Shown here piece by piece: positions 49,960 to 63,209 of a DNA stretch of 64,000 bases. Under the pieces are notes generated by a model that was given only the letters and a program-made list of their open reading frames with translations, ran no database searches and was not told the origin of the DNA. The number at the start of each line of letters is the position of its first letter. The first letter of the stretch is position 1. The stretch comes from Camelus dromedarius (lineage: Eukaryota): positions 113,400,001-113,464,000 of the forward strand of contig NC_087437.1 in assembly GCF_036321535.1 (NCBI RefSeq). The letters are read 5' to 3'. The position numbers were made by a program, and so were the translations under genes.

Positions 49960-50200
49960 ATAGAAAAGCAAGGAAAACAAGAGATGAGGGAAGAAAACAT
50001 GGGAGGAGAAGAAAGGAAAAGGGGTGAGAAAAGGGCGAGAGATGAGAAGGAAGACATAGACATGAAGAGAGGAAGAAAGATGACGAAAGGGGGAAGGGGG
50101 AGAAGAATGGAAGGAAAATGAAAAGGGTGAAAGAAAGAGAGGAGAACAGAAAAATAAGAAGGGGAGAAAATGGAAAAGTAAAAGGGAAATAAAAAAAAAA
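49960..50200. repeat. GA-rich purine tract
   Basis: About 240 bp that is nearly all A/G. Confidence 0.8.
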
Positions 50201-50319
50201 GTTTTACTCACCTGGCCTGAAATTGTCTCCCTGCAGAAAAGGGCCGAGGACCAGACTAGGTGAAGACAAGGGAGTGAGAACCATGACTCAGGATTCACAT
50301 CCTGGACAGAAAGAGACCA

Positions 50320-50830
50320 AGGGGCACAGAGTTTCACTTCTACATGATGGAAAGAATCATGGGGATGGGCGGTGGTGATGGTGGCACGGCATTCTGCGTG
50401 CATTTACACCACTGCTCTGTACACCTCCAAGTGGCTAAGATGGTCAGTTTTGTGTTATCTGTATTTTACTACAATAAAAACAATTAAAAATCCCTATAGA
50501 CCCCTATTTGATCAAGCTCCCATTCAATGAACAACTAGGAGTTTGCACTGGGTATAGATACTAAATTTCACTGCATACTTTTAAAGTATAAAATAAATCA
50601 ATTCCAAGCTAGATATCCAATAGAATTATTTAAAATAATTAAGAAAAGTGCTCCAGGGGTGAGGAGTGCCTGAGAAGGGAAATGAGGGAAATTTATGGGG
50701 TTTTGGTAAATGTTTGGTGTCTTGAGGAGGGGTTAGGTTACAGCTGTGCGTGCACAGACACAAGATCACAACTGGACATTTAAGGCTTGTACATTTCCTT
50801 GCATGTAAATTTCACATCAAAAGAAAAATA
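50320..50830 (+). mobile_element. Old L1M 3'-terminal fragments (at least two)
   Basis: ggtggtgatggtggcac...ctgtacac...atggtcagttttgtgttatctgtattttactacaataaaaa, and acatttaaggcttgtacatttccttgcatgtaaatttcacatcaaaa. Confidence 0.7.
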
Positions 50831-51377
50831 CTTTAAATAAATATTTAACTTGAAAAGATGAGAGCTAGGGCAGGTGTTTCTGATGGGTTAGGAGCTACAG
50901 TGACCTAACAGAGTCAACAGCTTTTTACCGACCTAGCTGAGCTGGTGAGGACAGAGCACTCACGCCCCATGGCTTCAGGGTGCAGGGGACCCCTAGGGCC
51001 TGGCCCAAGTCCCAGCCTCCTCAGTGTGTGGCAACCCCTTGCAGCTGATGGGGCATCTTCCCCTCAAATTCCCAAGAGCTGTGGCCCCACCAATTTTTGG
51101 AAAAGGAGAAGGTAGGTGGCAAGGCCATGGAAGGCTCCGGAGGCTCTCAAGTCCCTGAGTGCCGTAGGGTGTGGCCCTGAGCTTCTACACGAGGGACCAG
51201 TGCATGCGCCTCGTGACACATCAGGCTCTAAAAAGTAAAGTGAAGCATACAAAATCAGATGCAAAGGTCCACTGGAAGGCCTTTACGCCCACCCCTTAAA
51301 CTGGCCTGTTTGTGGCATGGACAATGGGATTTTGGAGGATAAGGTGAAATTAACCCTCTGTGCTCCAGTTCCAAACA

Positions 51378-51391
51378 AATATATGTGTGTA

Positions 51392-51435
<44 letters not shown>

Positions 51436-51526
51436 TGACTAGAACATTATGCCGTACACCAGAAATTGACACATTGTAACTGACTATACTTCAATAAAAA
51501 AACCAAATAAAATAAAATAAAATAGA
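51378..51526 (+). mobile_element. Very short L1 3' end with expanded palindromic microsatellite
   Basis: atgactagaacattatgccgtacaccagaaattgacacattgtaactgactatacttca followed by an (AAAAT)n tail. Confidence 0.85.
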
Positions 51527-51890
51527 AAAGAGATTATCCTGGATTATTTGGATGACCTGGTATAATCACAGGGTCCTTGACTGGGGAGACGGAAGACTCA
51601 GAAGCATCATTGCAAGAAAGATTCCACCTGCCATTGTTAGATTTAGGTTGGAGAAAGGAGCCATGAGCCATGGAATGTGGGGGCCTCTAGAAGCTGGAAA
51701 AGGCAAGAAAACAGATTCTCCCTTAGAATCTCCAGAAAGGAACACAGCCCTACTGGTACCTTGACTTGAGCCCAGTGAGACCCATTTCAGACTTCTGACC
51801 TCCAGAACTGTAAGAGAACACATGTGTGTTGTTTTTAAGCCTCTAAGTCTGTAGTAATTTGTTACAGCAGCCTTAAGAACTAACTAGAGA
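51527..51890 (+). mobile_element. MaLR LTR (MLT1D-like), 3' part
   Basis: gagattatcctggattat...gcctctagaagctggaaaaggcaagaaaacagattctcccttagaatctccagaaaggaacacagccct...gacttctgacctccagaactgtaaga. Confidence 0.88.
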
Positions 51891-53834
51891 CATAAATCCC
51901 TTGAAAATCTATTTAAAAGACTTAAAACTCTTTCATACATGTGTAATAAAGACCTCATTTTCAGGCAACCTCTCTTACAGGTGTGTTTGAAAATATTGAC
52001 CCTGATAATTCTGTCCAACAAGCTGACCGTTATGGTTTTTTTAAATAGCTATTTACTGAATTCCACTGAAGGGTTCTCATTATTTTACAATTAGGTGGGA
52101 TTGTGTTTGTGTGTATGTATCACCCCAAAACCCGCATGACCCAGGAAACTTGAAGTGGCCCGAGCTCCGGAGAGTGGGGAAGTCGGTGGTCATCCGGAGA
52201 GCTGGACGGGCAGGGACCTCAGTCATTTAGCTGTACTTGCTGCCTTCCCATGTCAATAAAGACTTAATTTTTCCATACGTAGAACTGGAGCCTCTGGGAT
52301 TACACATCTTTGGCTCAGAGAAAGCTTTGACTCTAGTAGCATGTTAGCACCACCTGGAAACTTCTAGACATCCTGACGGTCAGGCCACATGTCTGTTGGA
52401 ATCTGTGGGAGTGCCAATAGGTATGGGTACTCTGTGCAACTCCCCAGGTTAAGCTGGTGTGGTTCTGGTGCAGCCAAGATTAAGATCAAATTATTCCATG
52501 GGACAGAAGAGCAGATCCCAGGACCCTCTGGGGACATCGAGTGGGCCTGCCTCCTGCAGACCGGCTGCACAGCAAAGTGAAGGGTGTGGGCTGATTCAAG
52601 TCTCCCTGGAAAAGGGGTACAGATATGGGTCTTATGTGGTACCAAGTAATAATTAAGCCAGTAATAATGTTTGCAATAAAACCAAGATGCCTTGGAAAGC
52701 AATTCCAACAACTGCCTCACTTCTATCAGCATCAAACCATGATGGTCTTCAGTTCTCTATCCTTTGCATAGGGTTTGGAGTTGATGGAACCTATGCACAG
52801 GCAGGGATCCCAGATGTCCGTAGAGGTTCAAGCTGGGTTGACAGCTACCAAGTGGGTCAGCCTCATTTGGCCTTCGTTGCTGCCCCAGCTTCCTTGGCGA
52901 CAGGGGCCCCACTTGTCTCCTCACTTCTCTGCTTCATAATGTGGTGGGAGACAGGGGATCAAAGTCCTCCACAGGAGAACAAGTCTTCAAGCACTCAGAC
53001 ATCTGTGGAATGAATGAACAAATAAATGTGGGAATGGAATATCTGTCAGGGTTGTTCTCCCAAACCATCCTCTTTGCCCACAGGGGATAAAAGGAAAAAT
53101 TGAGTCCAGGGGCGGTTCTTCCTTCTAAAGTAATTGTCAAAAGAAAGCTAGCTGTAAAATTCGACTTTGCTTATTTAAATAAACAGGAACCTCATAACCC
53201 TGAGCAAGTGGAAAGTTGGAAACTTCTCTCCGTAAAGATCTCTAGGGACCAGGAGCTTTAAAAGAACTGTAATTTCTCATGCACCAGTCAAAGATAAAGC
53301 AGTCATATCATTAATTTGGATTCTGTAAATTTGGAATCTGCAGTAATTTAGGTTTGTCCAACTAAGTCTTATTGAAAAAAAAATGTTCAAAATAATTTGC
53401 TCCCTTATGGAAAAAAACCTGTACTCACCGGCCAAACTTTTGACTGAGTCCAAAGTGGAAGCTTAGGGTCAAATCTCAGATTGACACTTTATTAGCTCAG
53501 TGATGTCAGAAAAGCAGCAGACTCTGTGGATCGCTTCCATAAAATGAATAATAACCCCCAGTCTGTTGTGAGTGTAAATGTGATGAAACAATATGGCAAA
53601 CTGTGGAGCACGGTGTAACTTGTTTAGGGTCTTTCTTATCATCCACGCCTAGCTGTTCCCGGGTAGCTTTCTTCAACTCAAGAGATATTAGGTTCCTTCA
53701 TGTGGCTTCAGCTTCTAGGCTTAGCAATTGTTTACAAATATGTTTATCATTCAATTGTATGAATTTGTAGGTCCCCCTTTCTTTATCACATAGACACATA
53801 GTGTGTCTTTAAAATGTGTTTAATCATCAAAATC

Positions 53835-53982
53835 GGGGGGGGGGAGGGTTTAGCTCAGTGGTAGAGCGCATGCTTAGCATGCGTGAGGTCCTGAGTTCAA
53901 TCCCCAGTTCCTCCATTAAAAAAAAAAAATTAAATAAATAAACCTAATCACACCCCCTCCCCCAAATAAAAAGCAACAACAA
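53835..53982 (+). mobile_element. tRNA-Ala-derived SINE (Vic-1-like), young copy
   Basis: A/B boxes and AGC anticodon arm present. TSD aaaatgtgtttaatcatcaaa at 53811-53831 and 53983-54003. Confidence 0.95.
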
Positions 53983-54014
53983 AAAATGTGTTTAATCATC
54001 AAACTCACCAACGG

Positions 54015-54426
54015 GACACAGACACACACAGATACATACATATGTTCATGTATGTATATGTACGTGTAAGTATGTATGTGTGTATCTAGGTTTAAGTGTG
54101 TATGTATGTGTAAGTGTGTATATGTGCACACACGTATATACATACATTGTCATGATATACAGGAATATATATAAATCTATACAATACATATAAATACATA
54201 CATAGTACATGGTATATATGTGTATATACATATGCATAGATGTAAAGATACATGTATGTGTGCACAATACACATTCATATGTATATATAATATACAAAAT
54301 GTACATCTATACTATATACGAATATGGATTGTATATATATGAATGTGTATATACACATATATGTGTGTATATTATATGAATATGTATATATATATGCATA
54401 TGTATATGTATGTGTGTGTACACACA
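54015..54426. repeat. ~400-bp degenerate (TA/TG/CA)n alternating purine-pyrimidine tract
   Basis: Read directly; it is the source of several low-complexity Y/I/H/C ORFs. Confidence 0.9.
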
Positions 54427-56139
54427 ATCCTACCTCCTGATTTTGTAAATTCTTGGGGGGTAGCTCAGGAATCTGTTTTTTTTAAGTTCCACATTAATTC
54501 TGATTATCAGGAGTTTCAGTAATAGCCCCCATCCATCTGGCAGGTATCTGGGTCACCAGGTTGGTTCTCTCTGCCATTTCTCCACGTGGCTCCTTGGGTA
54601 CCAGGGGAGCTATGCTGCCCGCAGAGGGTCAGGACCCTGCAGTGCCCCCTCTCGCTGGCTCTCCAGGGCCACCCTCTGAGCTTCTTCAAGGTGGGCGTTG
54701 TCGTGGGGGAGATTTCTTTCTCCCAGGAGGCTTGATGTCTGAATCAGACTCAGCATTCCAGGCCAAAATGACCATGGAGGGTGACAGAAGGTCTGAAGCG
54801 GAGGAGTAGCAATCAAAGTCTTACCAAGGTCTGCCGGTGCCAGGGTAGGGGTGGGAGGAGGGACAGACTGTCGGGGCACGAGAATGGAGGCAGGAGAGGC
54901 TGTTTCAGCACCTTGGCAGGATACCTTGGTGGAGAGCAGAGGTCTGCTAACTGCAGCCCGAGGGCCAAATCTGGTCCGCCTCTGTTTTACTGTGCACCCC
55001 GTGAGTAAGCCTGGCAATTGTTCTCACTTGACTTGATGGTACAGGACACGAGAGCTTGGAACCCCAATGAAGGGACATGTTCTACCCTTCAAAAAAAGAA
55101 TTCCATTCTTCTCATTGGTTGCCCTGTATTTTTAGAATTCTGTTCAATTATTAATACAGGTATATTTAAAATTTCATCAATAAAACCATGTGGAACTCTG
55201 TTTTCTCTCTTGTTATATGAGTCCCTGCATAATAACCTCAATTTTGCCTCTTTGTCCACAGTATCCAAATCTTTATTGTCTAGTTTTCTATAGTAAAAGT
55301 TTGCTGAGCCCTGGTGTAGGTGTTGGTAGTGAGGCGGAGAAAATGGGTAGATTCAGATACATTTTGGAGGGAGAGCTTTAATGTTGGCAGAACAGAGACT
55401 CTGAGGTGGGGGTTGGGTGGGCCATGGGGCTGTCTGATCCCTGAGACTCTTCCGAAGACAGTGAGGAGTCAGTGGGCCACCAGCCTGTGGGATCAAGAGG
55501 CCATCATCATGGCCACAAAGCAGCCCTGCCCCTTGACCTCTCTGGGCTGGACCTTTGGGGTTCCTGGGTACCCGGCCTGAGCTCTGGGTCTCAGTGTGCA
55601 GACAGCATTGCTGACCAGGATGAGCAGTGCCTGGTGTGGGTCCTGAGTGCCTCGAGGAACAGCCCATAAACGACAACCTATCGATCTATCAGTTATCACT
55701 ATCAAGTTACCAGCACCCCTTCCCTTTCCATATGACCAACCGGCTGGTTCACAGTTGGCACTGAGAAGGAGCAGCTTAGAAATTTAATCAAGTTCAGGTA
55801 ACAGGTAAGGACTGGTTCTCCAGCAAGGGGAAAAACACAACAAATATTTTGGATTCAACTGCGTGTGCCCTATCTTGCTGTAGCTTGCAGGCTCTTTGGA
55901 GGCTCTCAGACGGCTCTTAATTAATTGCTGGAGCCAAGTGGGGCAATCTGGTGAGGGCTGTTGCTTTTGCTCACCTGATCCAGCCGGGCTTGGGGAGGGG
56001 GCGGGGCTGGCCTTGGACTCCGGGGATGAGTGGGGTGTGGGAGGAGCTGGCCCCAGGCGGTTGGGGCAAATCTCCAGTGGCCAACTTGCTGGTCAAGGAA
56101 ACAAACAGACAGACCATCCCTTCTAGGCTTAGTTCCCTG

Positions 56140-56320
56140 GCTTGGGAATGAGGGACCTGGAGTCGAGTCCCGGCTCTGCCACTAAGTATCCCTGAGATCA
56201 AGAGCCAGTTAACCCCCTTGAGCTTCAGTGCCTCATCCGTACAGTGAAGATGGGGCGACAAGCTTGTAGGATGGTTGTGGTAACAACACACCCACGTAAT
56301 GCAGGCCCAGGGTCTGGCCC
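56140..56320 (+). mobile_element. MIR SINE
   Basis: gagtcccggctctgccactaa...agccagttaacccccttgagcttcagtgcctcatccgtacagtgaagat. Confidence 0.65.
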
Positions 56321-57439
56321 CGTGAGGCTGCTGGTCAGCTGGGCATGCCCACAGCTAGAAGCAGTGCTGCCCCTGGGGGCAGGGAGACAGGAAGAGATCT
56401 AGGGTGGGCTCATCTCCCAGGGGCACCAAGGAGAGGAGTCTGGGGTGGGAGGCTGCAGGTGCCAAGGACTATCTGCAGCCTCACAGGCAGCTCCTGCGGA
56501 ATCTGGCAGAGCTGGGCCTGGCAAAGTGGGGCCTGGATGGGGAGGTCCCTGCCTACCTGGTCTAGGCTCCCACGAGGTACAAGAGGACATTTCCTTGCCG
56601 CGGTTCTCAGCGGAGCCCCATTTTGCTTTCACTGCCCCTGACCTGGCCTGTGCCCTGCACTGAGGGTAGGGATTCCTTGCATCCGCTCCTGCAGAGGGTC
56701 ACGGATGCAGCCTCCTGGAGACTCGGAGTGGGTGGGGCCTCGGGATGGGCACAGGCACCCTGACAGCTGTCACTCCTTCCTGACCCACGCTTAGGAATCC
56801 GTGCTGCTCTCGCTTTTCTCTTTGTCTGGGACATCTTCTCCCGTCACCCCTCTCCTGCAGGATGTCCTCCAGGATCACACCAGAGAAGGACAGCCCTTCT
56901 CTGGGCCCAAGAGCTCCCTGGAGTCATCTCTGGCTTGGTCCCTGCCATGAGCTGTTTGCTCTTGCCCTTGTCTTGCTGCCTCGTTCAAGCAGTCTGCAGG
57001 GCTCCCCAGGGCACCGTCTGCATCTTATGTGGCTTTGAGTCTCCAGGATGGGAATCACATCCCAGTAAATGTTTGCTAAACCAAACCAATTTCTTTCTTT
57101 ATAGTTTAAGAATTGAAGCCACAAGAGGGCTGGTGACCTGCCTAAAGTCATGTGTTCATCAGCAGATCAACCCATGCTTCTCAGGCATAGCCTAGCTTCT
57201 CACCACATTCTTATTGGATTGGCAAATGTCATATTCATGGCTCAAGAGTTCATCTCAATGAGCATCTCAATGTGGAGGATACAGGTAGAGCAGGTAGCAA
57301 TTTTGACAAGCCTCAGACTCAAGTGTGCAGAAATGCAACTTAATTTTTTCTTATTTTTCAATAGATCACACAGTCATAAGTGCATATAAGCAAAAAACAT
57401 TAAAAAGCTGTAACTTAAGATGTCTCTTTTTCTATTTTA

Positions 57440-57900
57440 TTATTTTCTTGTGAATTTTATTAGTTTCTTGTGAATCCTTTAAAAATGTGAATAGTCTTAT
57501 TCCTCCCTTTTTATATAAAATATAGCATATTGTTTGCACCTTGCTTTCTTCATTTCTTTTCCATTTCATTATGGAGAGCACTTCATTATTTCGGAGCTAT
57601 AGAATATTCTATTATTGATTTAAACTGTCTTTTGTTGATGGACACTTGGCTGTTTCCAATTTTTTCTTCATTATAAACAAAACAGCAGTGAATGACTGTG
57701 TACATATGTCAATTTGCACCAGTGAAGGTTGGTCAATAAGAGAAATTCCTAGAAGTGGAATCACTGGAATAGAGGGGAAATGCTTTCATGAGTTTTATAG
57801 ATATTTCTAAACTATCCCCCACAGGGTTGTGGCCATTCAGACTCACACCAGCCGTGGAGAGAGTGCCTATTGGCCACAACTCCACCAACAAAGCATTAAG
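57440..57900 (-). mobile_element. Old L1M fragment
   Basis: gttgatggacacttggctgtttccaat...aaattcctagaagtggaatcactgg...ctcacaccagc. Confidence 0.7.
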
Positions 57901-57945
57901 TCGGTCTTTGTTGGGAGTCCCCTTTCTACCTAGTGACAGTAAAGG

Positions 57946-58316
57946 TGCCATGGACTGAACTGTGTTCCCCCAAGTTTCTATGTTGAAGTGTTACCCTTCC
58001 GTGTGACTGCATTTACAGATAGAACTTTAGGAGGTAATTAAGGTTAAGTGAAGTCATAAGGTTGGGGCCCTGATCCAATAAGATTGGTGACCTTATAAGA
58101 AGAGAAGGAGAGACCACTCTTTCCTGACATGTGCACAAAGAAGAGGTTATGGGTGGACAAGGTGGCCACCCATGAATCAGGAAGACAGCCCTCCCCAGAA
58201 ACTGAACCCTGACAGACCTCAATCTGGGACTTCCAGCCTCCAGGACTATGAGAAATACATGTCTGCTGTTTAAGCCTCCCGGTCTGTGGTATTTCGCATT
58301 GGCAGCCCACGCAGAC
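57946..58316 (+). mobile_element. MaLR solo LTR (MLT1A-like)
   Basis: tgccatggactgaactgtgttcccccaa..tatgttgaag...ggaggtaattaaggttaa...ggacttccagcctccagga...gtctgtggtattt. Confidence 0.88.
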
Positions 58317-58964
58317 AGGTGAAGGCAAAAAAATCTTAGTTACTTCAGGGTTACTTCATTCATTTTGATGTTTTTCTTGATTGCTTTGGGATCATGCTTG
58401 TTGCATTTAGGTGTTTCTGCTTTCCCTTTCCTTCCAGGGCAGCATCTGCCTAAAATCACTGCATCTTGTCTCTAACTTTCTCTTTCCTCCTTGGCTTCCA
58501 CGGTGAGGTCTGCGGTCCCAACATGGCTGCCTCCAGGCAACCAGCACATGGTATGTCCTTATCCGCCTCCTTCCTTTTCTTCTTTTGGATCTCAAGTATG
58601 CAAGATTGGATTAATCATAACCCTTGGTTCATGCCATACTATCATTATGGCCCACTTTTATTGTTGGTTATTTCTAATAACGATTAAAATAATTAGCCAT
58701 TTTATGAGATGTTTGTGGTCCCAGCAAAGTCTCTAGTCATGGGACCATGGCTCTGTTTCCTTCTCATCCTGACTTTGAGGACTTGTGCACACTGCTCTGA
58801 TGCTCTCTGAGCCTGCTGAGTGCTATCTCAGGCCCTCCCTTCTAGCCCTGCTGCCTTTTCTTTTCTGCTTTTGAGGGTGGGGGTTGGGGAGTGACTCTGA
58901 GGTTCTTGGCTCAGCTGTCTTGGTAAATGTCTAACAAATGGCTCTGATGTGGGAGGAGGGGTGC

Positions 58965-59115
58965 AGGGGGGACCAAATTTGTAGTGTTTTCTGTTTTCAG
59001 GGGGTGTCTAAACTCCCACCTTGATCAACTTCAAGCTACTAACCTCAATCGGTTCACAAATTCCTGAAAATGTAACAATTGGCTGCTGAAATGAGTGGGT
59101 TCCAGTCTCACCACT
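58965..59115 (-). mobile_element. hAT DNA transposon fragment (MER63-like)
   Basis: aaattcctgaaaatgtaacaattggct...ttccagtctcaccactg terminus. Family assignment is from memory. Confidence 0.4.
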
Positions 59116-60384
59116 GGAATAGAGCACAGGGGTGCTCCCTAGACACCCACAACTTTCTCCTTTTCAGTTTTCATGCCCAGGCTTGGGCAGCCCTTCTTGA
59201 ATCTCTAGGGAAGCGGTCATCTAGCTCTTATTTGTGCTTTTTTCCACCCATTATGCTTGACTTAGGCTTGACATTCTTTGGGGATTACCTTAGAAATTTT
59301 TACCCTGATCTCTGTACTCTGTGTGACCCCTCTCATTAGTTTCTAAGGGACAGGCAGAGAGAGCTGTGGGGAGAACAAGGCAACAAGGGGGAGAGTGCAC
59401 CCACCCTGGAAGGGATCTTGATCTATTTGGTCTCAGTTGTCTTTTTGGTTGACATATTGTTGATGTGCAATAAAGATCTGTGGAATTAATACATATCCAA
59501 AAATCTTCTATTGCCACTCAAAGAAGTAGAAGACATAGTCTTTGCCACCATGGAGCTTACAGTTGGAATAGGATATGGAACAAACAAAGTGGATGAAGAT
59601 GTGGGATGAAAAGTTCCAAATTATGGTCCAGACCATGGGTTTTGGTAATTGTCTGGAGGACGGAGAAATTGTCCTGGACCAGGATGCTCAAAGAGTGCTC
59701 CGTGGAGAAGGTGGGATTTATACTGAGCCTTGAAGGATGCTGTTTCTGGAACAAGCCCAATAACTAACTGAAAACACATAATGCAACTTTGACAGTATGT
59801 CATGGCGTCTCACAGGAAGCCAGAAGAGTTCTTCCTGCTTGGCCAAGAGACAGGTACACCATCACCAGGAAGCAGATGGGATGGGTGCACTCTCTTGAGC
59901 TCCTCCAAGCAATGGCCCAAGTTTGAGAAGAGTTACATTGAGTCAGGACCTGCAAGTATGTGGCGCAAGCTCCTTACTCTCTGAGAGCTCCCAGTCTGAT
60001 CAGGAAGATCTAATGCACTCAGTTGACAGGTGCACATGCAATGCTAGAGACAAACAGCTTTCCTTATTGTCCACCTCAGCATGGGTTGGAGATTTAGGAA
60101 GTGGAGGTCGGTGGGGAGAACATTATGCAGAGGCTCCCCAGATGGCCCCCACAGACACCCACTCCCCACAGCCTGGACTCAACCCACCACAGGTGCTCAA
60201 CTTCTATATTCTTTATCTCAGAGCCCGAGGGCAACGTCTACCTGGCGGTGCAAATGAGAACTTAGCAGTAGCCCCAGCTTGCTGCAAGGCTTGGAGTAAG
60301 CCCCCAGTCCGTATTCCATTTCATTCACTCCTTCATTTAATCATTCATTAATTCATTCAGTAAACAAGACCTTACACTGTGGGG

Positions 60385-60642
60385 AGGCAGTAGAGTGTCT
60401 GGACCAACAGCATGGGCTCTGGAGAGAGATTACTTGGGTTGGAATCCTGGCTCTGCCACCTACTAGCTGTGTGATTGTCAGTGAACTACTTAGCTTAAGG
60501 CTCAGCTGCTTTTATCTGTAATGTGACAATAACAGTATGCCTCTCAGCTGGTCATTTTAAAAGATTAAATGAGATAATCCACGGGGGGTGCTTCCGAAGG
60601 GTTAGACACAGAGTTAGTACTCAGTGCATGTTTGCTATTTAT
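60385..60642 (+). mobile_element. MIR SINE, near full length
   Basis: agcatgggctctggagagagattacttgggttggaatcctggctctgccacctactagctgtgtga...gattaaatgagataat...tactcagtgcatgtttgctatt. Confidence 0.85.
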
Positions 60643-61964
60643 TCTAACAATTGCTAGAGGCACACAGTTGTCCTTGTACTTGAGGAGGAGTAGGGATGAA
60701 TATGATGTTGCCCTTGCACCAGAGATGTTCTGTTGCCTCTTCTCCGGAGAGCGCACATCCCCCTTACTGAAATGTGTGTGAGCTCCTTTTAATTAAGTCA
60801 CCTATGGAAAGTAGTGTCTACTGGGTAGACTTGAGCCTTGAAGGGAAACTGTGAGCCCTGTTTGTCCCTTCACTGTAGATCCCTGCATGGAAGGCTTCTA
60901 TATGAATCCTTCCCAATGCAGGGAAGGGAGCCTCAATTCCTACCTCAAATGCCCTCAGGACCTTGGGCTACCCCAATCCATGGCAGGGTTCAGATGATTT
61001 TGTGCCCCAGCAGGTACCCCCACCCTCACTCCCAACAGTAGGATGCCAAGAGATGCCGTCTCAAAATATCCACCACTTGCCAAAGGGAAGGGATGCACAC
61101 AAAGAGAGAGGTCATTGTGAAGCCCAGGACTAGCCAGGAGGGAGCCTATTATTCAACCGCAGGCTGTGTGCAGAGGCAGGGAGGACAATGCCGCACAAAC
61201 CACAGAACAGCCCACATGGAGCAAAGGTGAGCAGCAACGACTGCAGCATCATTCCATACAGACTTACTCAACTGCGAGGCTGGAGATGGCTGTGCCACAC
61301 AAGTGTGTCTAGCCACAGAATCCAGCTGAGGTGGCTACTAACCCAACACATACTGACACCTGTGGGGAGAGATGGAGACATCTGACCAGTGTCCAAGGGG
61401 CAGGTGGCTTGGTAGGAAACTGAGCGTGAAGAGTAAGGTCTGAGAAGACAAATAGGGAATGATGTCCAAGGGCGTTGAGGTTAAGTAAGCCCCTCGGGTC
61501 TAATTTTCTTCATGACTTATACAAAGGGCAACTTCATGGCTACTGAGAAGGTTCCCTGTCTCCAACCTCACATCTTCCTCACCTGCTTTCTGACCAAGCC
61601 TCCTGTGATTCCAAAGGATACTTGAAATGCATATCTCACCATAGCAGGAAAAAATAAAACCATAGTGATTCCTAATCACAGTAGCATGGAAATCACTGGC
61701 CAGGGGGCTTTTCCTGAGAGTAGGCTGGGATAAGAGGACATCATTAGAAAGATGAAAAGAATACTGCCCAACCCAGAAGCCTCAGTGTGTGAGGGAGGCA
61801 GTGGGAGCAGACGGACAAGAACACAGAGAAAGAGGCTGGAGTGTTTAAAGACAAACCTTGTTTCCTTTGTCCCCAAATTAATTTGATTCCCTCCCTCCCT
61901 CCCTTCCTTTCTCCCTTCCTTCCTTTCCTAATGTTTTTGAGACTCACTACTTTTTTTTTTTTTT

Positions 61965-62140
61965 GCACCAGGCATATAAAAATGAACAATACACAGACCC
62001 TGTCCTCTCTGAGTTCCCAATAGCAGACTAAGGGTATACTAGCAAATCACAATGAAATATGACTATGCACTACAGTAAGATTAAATATAAGAAGCAATGG
62101 GAGAAAAGAGGAGGGAGTGATTGCTTCTGCCTGGGGTTAG
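61965..62140 (-). mobile_element. L2 3' fragment
   Basis: caccaggcatataaaaatgaacaatacacagaccctgtcctct...aaatcacaatgaaatatga...gaggagggagtgattgcttctgcctgggg. Confidence 0.5.
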
Positions 62141-62544
62141 CCCTCTATTTGCACAGGCTGATCCTGAAGGATCTATATCAAGGTGGCATGTCTCACTCTT
62201 GCCTTCAGCTGGGATAAAATCTGAAACAGCCTCTCCCTTCAGAGGAAAAGGAAGGTTGGTAGTGGTGGTGGAGAGGGGTAGATTTATCTGAATTTGGGGA
62301 GCCTAGGTGGGTTTTAGATTTAGATTTTAAGACTAGCTTGTGCCTGACTAACTAATGACTTTGAATAAGTTAGTTTATCTGCAAGGGTCTCTGCTGGATT
62401 AGATAAACTCAGGTGTCCCTCTATGCTTTATTCCACGATTGTTTGAAGGGCTTATGGGCTGATCTCCATGGGGCAAATGACTCACTTCCTTTATGATCTG
62501 GTGGCTAGGAGGGAAGGGTAGAACCAACCTAAATGAGCATCGGT

Positions 62545-62715
62545 TGCTTTCCGGTACTGTGCTAGGCAATTTTCCATGTCATCTAACTTACTCTTCCCCT
62601 AAATCCCTTTGAGAGGCATATTTTTAGTTCCATTTTGTAGATTAGGAAAGCGATGCTTAGAACAATGAAATACCATGTCCAAGTTTACACAGTCAATTTG
62701 TGACAGGATATGGAT
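62545..62715 (-). mobile_element. MIR fragment
   Basis: ggtactgtgctaggc...ccattttgtagattaggaaa...tgtccaagtttacacag. Confidence 0.65.
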
Positions 62716-63209
62716 TGCCCACCTCGCCCTACCCCTGCCCCAGATTTGATCTTTCTTCAAAATCTCTGCACCATCCACCATTCCACACAGGATGATCTGG
62801 CTTTTAAAAGCAATGGGAACACGGAGTCTACATAGCCATATTTATACATTTCATTAAGTAAGTTTTGTCAAATTAGACTCCAAGGGGAAAATACAGTCAA
62901 TCCTGGATTGCTCTGTTGTTATTAGTTGACTTGGTATCGTGACAGTAGCTGATAGTATCATCTTGGAGGAATCACTGAACTTCTCGATATTTTAGTTTCT
63001 CCACCTGCACTGGGGTTAATAATAATGTCTTCCTACATACACTGTACTACCTCTGATGACGGAGGGGAAGAGCATGTGAGGTAAGGTATAAACGCATGGT
63101 TTTTGATTATAAAGTGTTAAGTAGTTTTGATTTGGTCGAACTTGGTTTACTAGGTCTTGGGTGCTCGAAATGTCAGCTTTTAGTTCTGATATTCAAATCC
63201 ATTTAGTTC

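Noticed and set aside
53845..53915. tRNA-Ala(AGC)-like sequence (also ~15960, ~13120 and ~25865)
   Set aside because: It has A-rich tails and TSDs, a mismatched T-stem and an irregular acceptor stem. These are SINE heads, not tRNA genes.
53916..54306. Tyr/Ile/His/Cys-rich ORFs (also the His/Thr-rich ORFs at 20977-21347)
   Set aside because: Translations of dinucleotide microsatellites.
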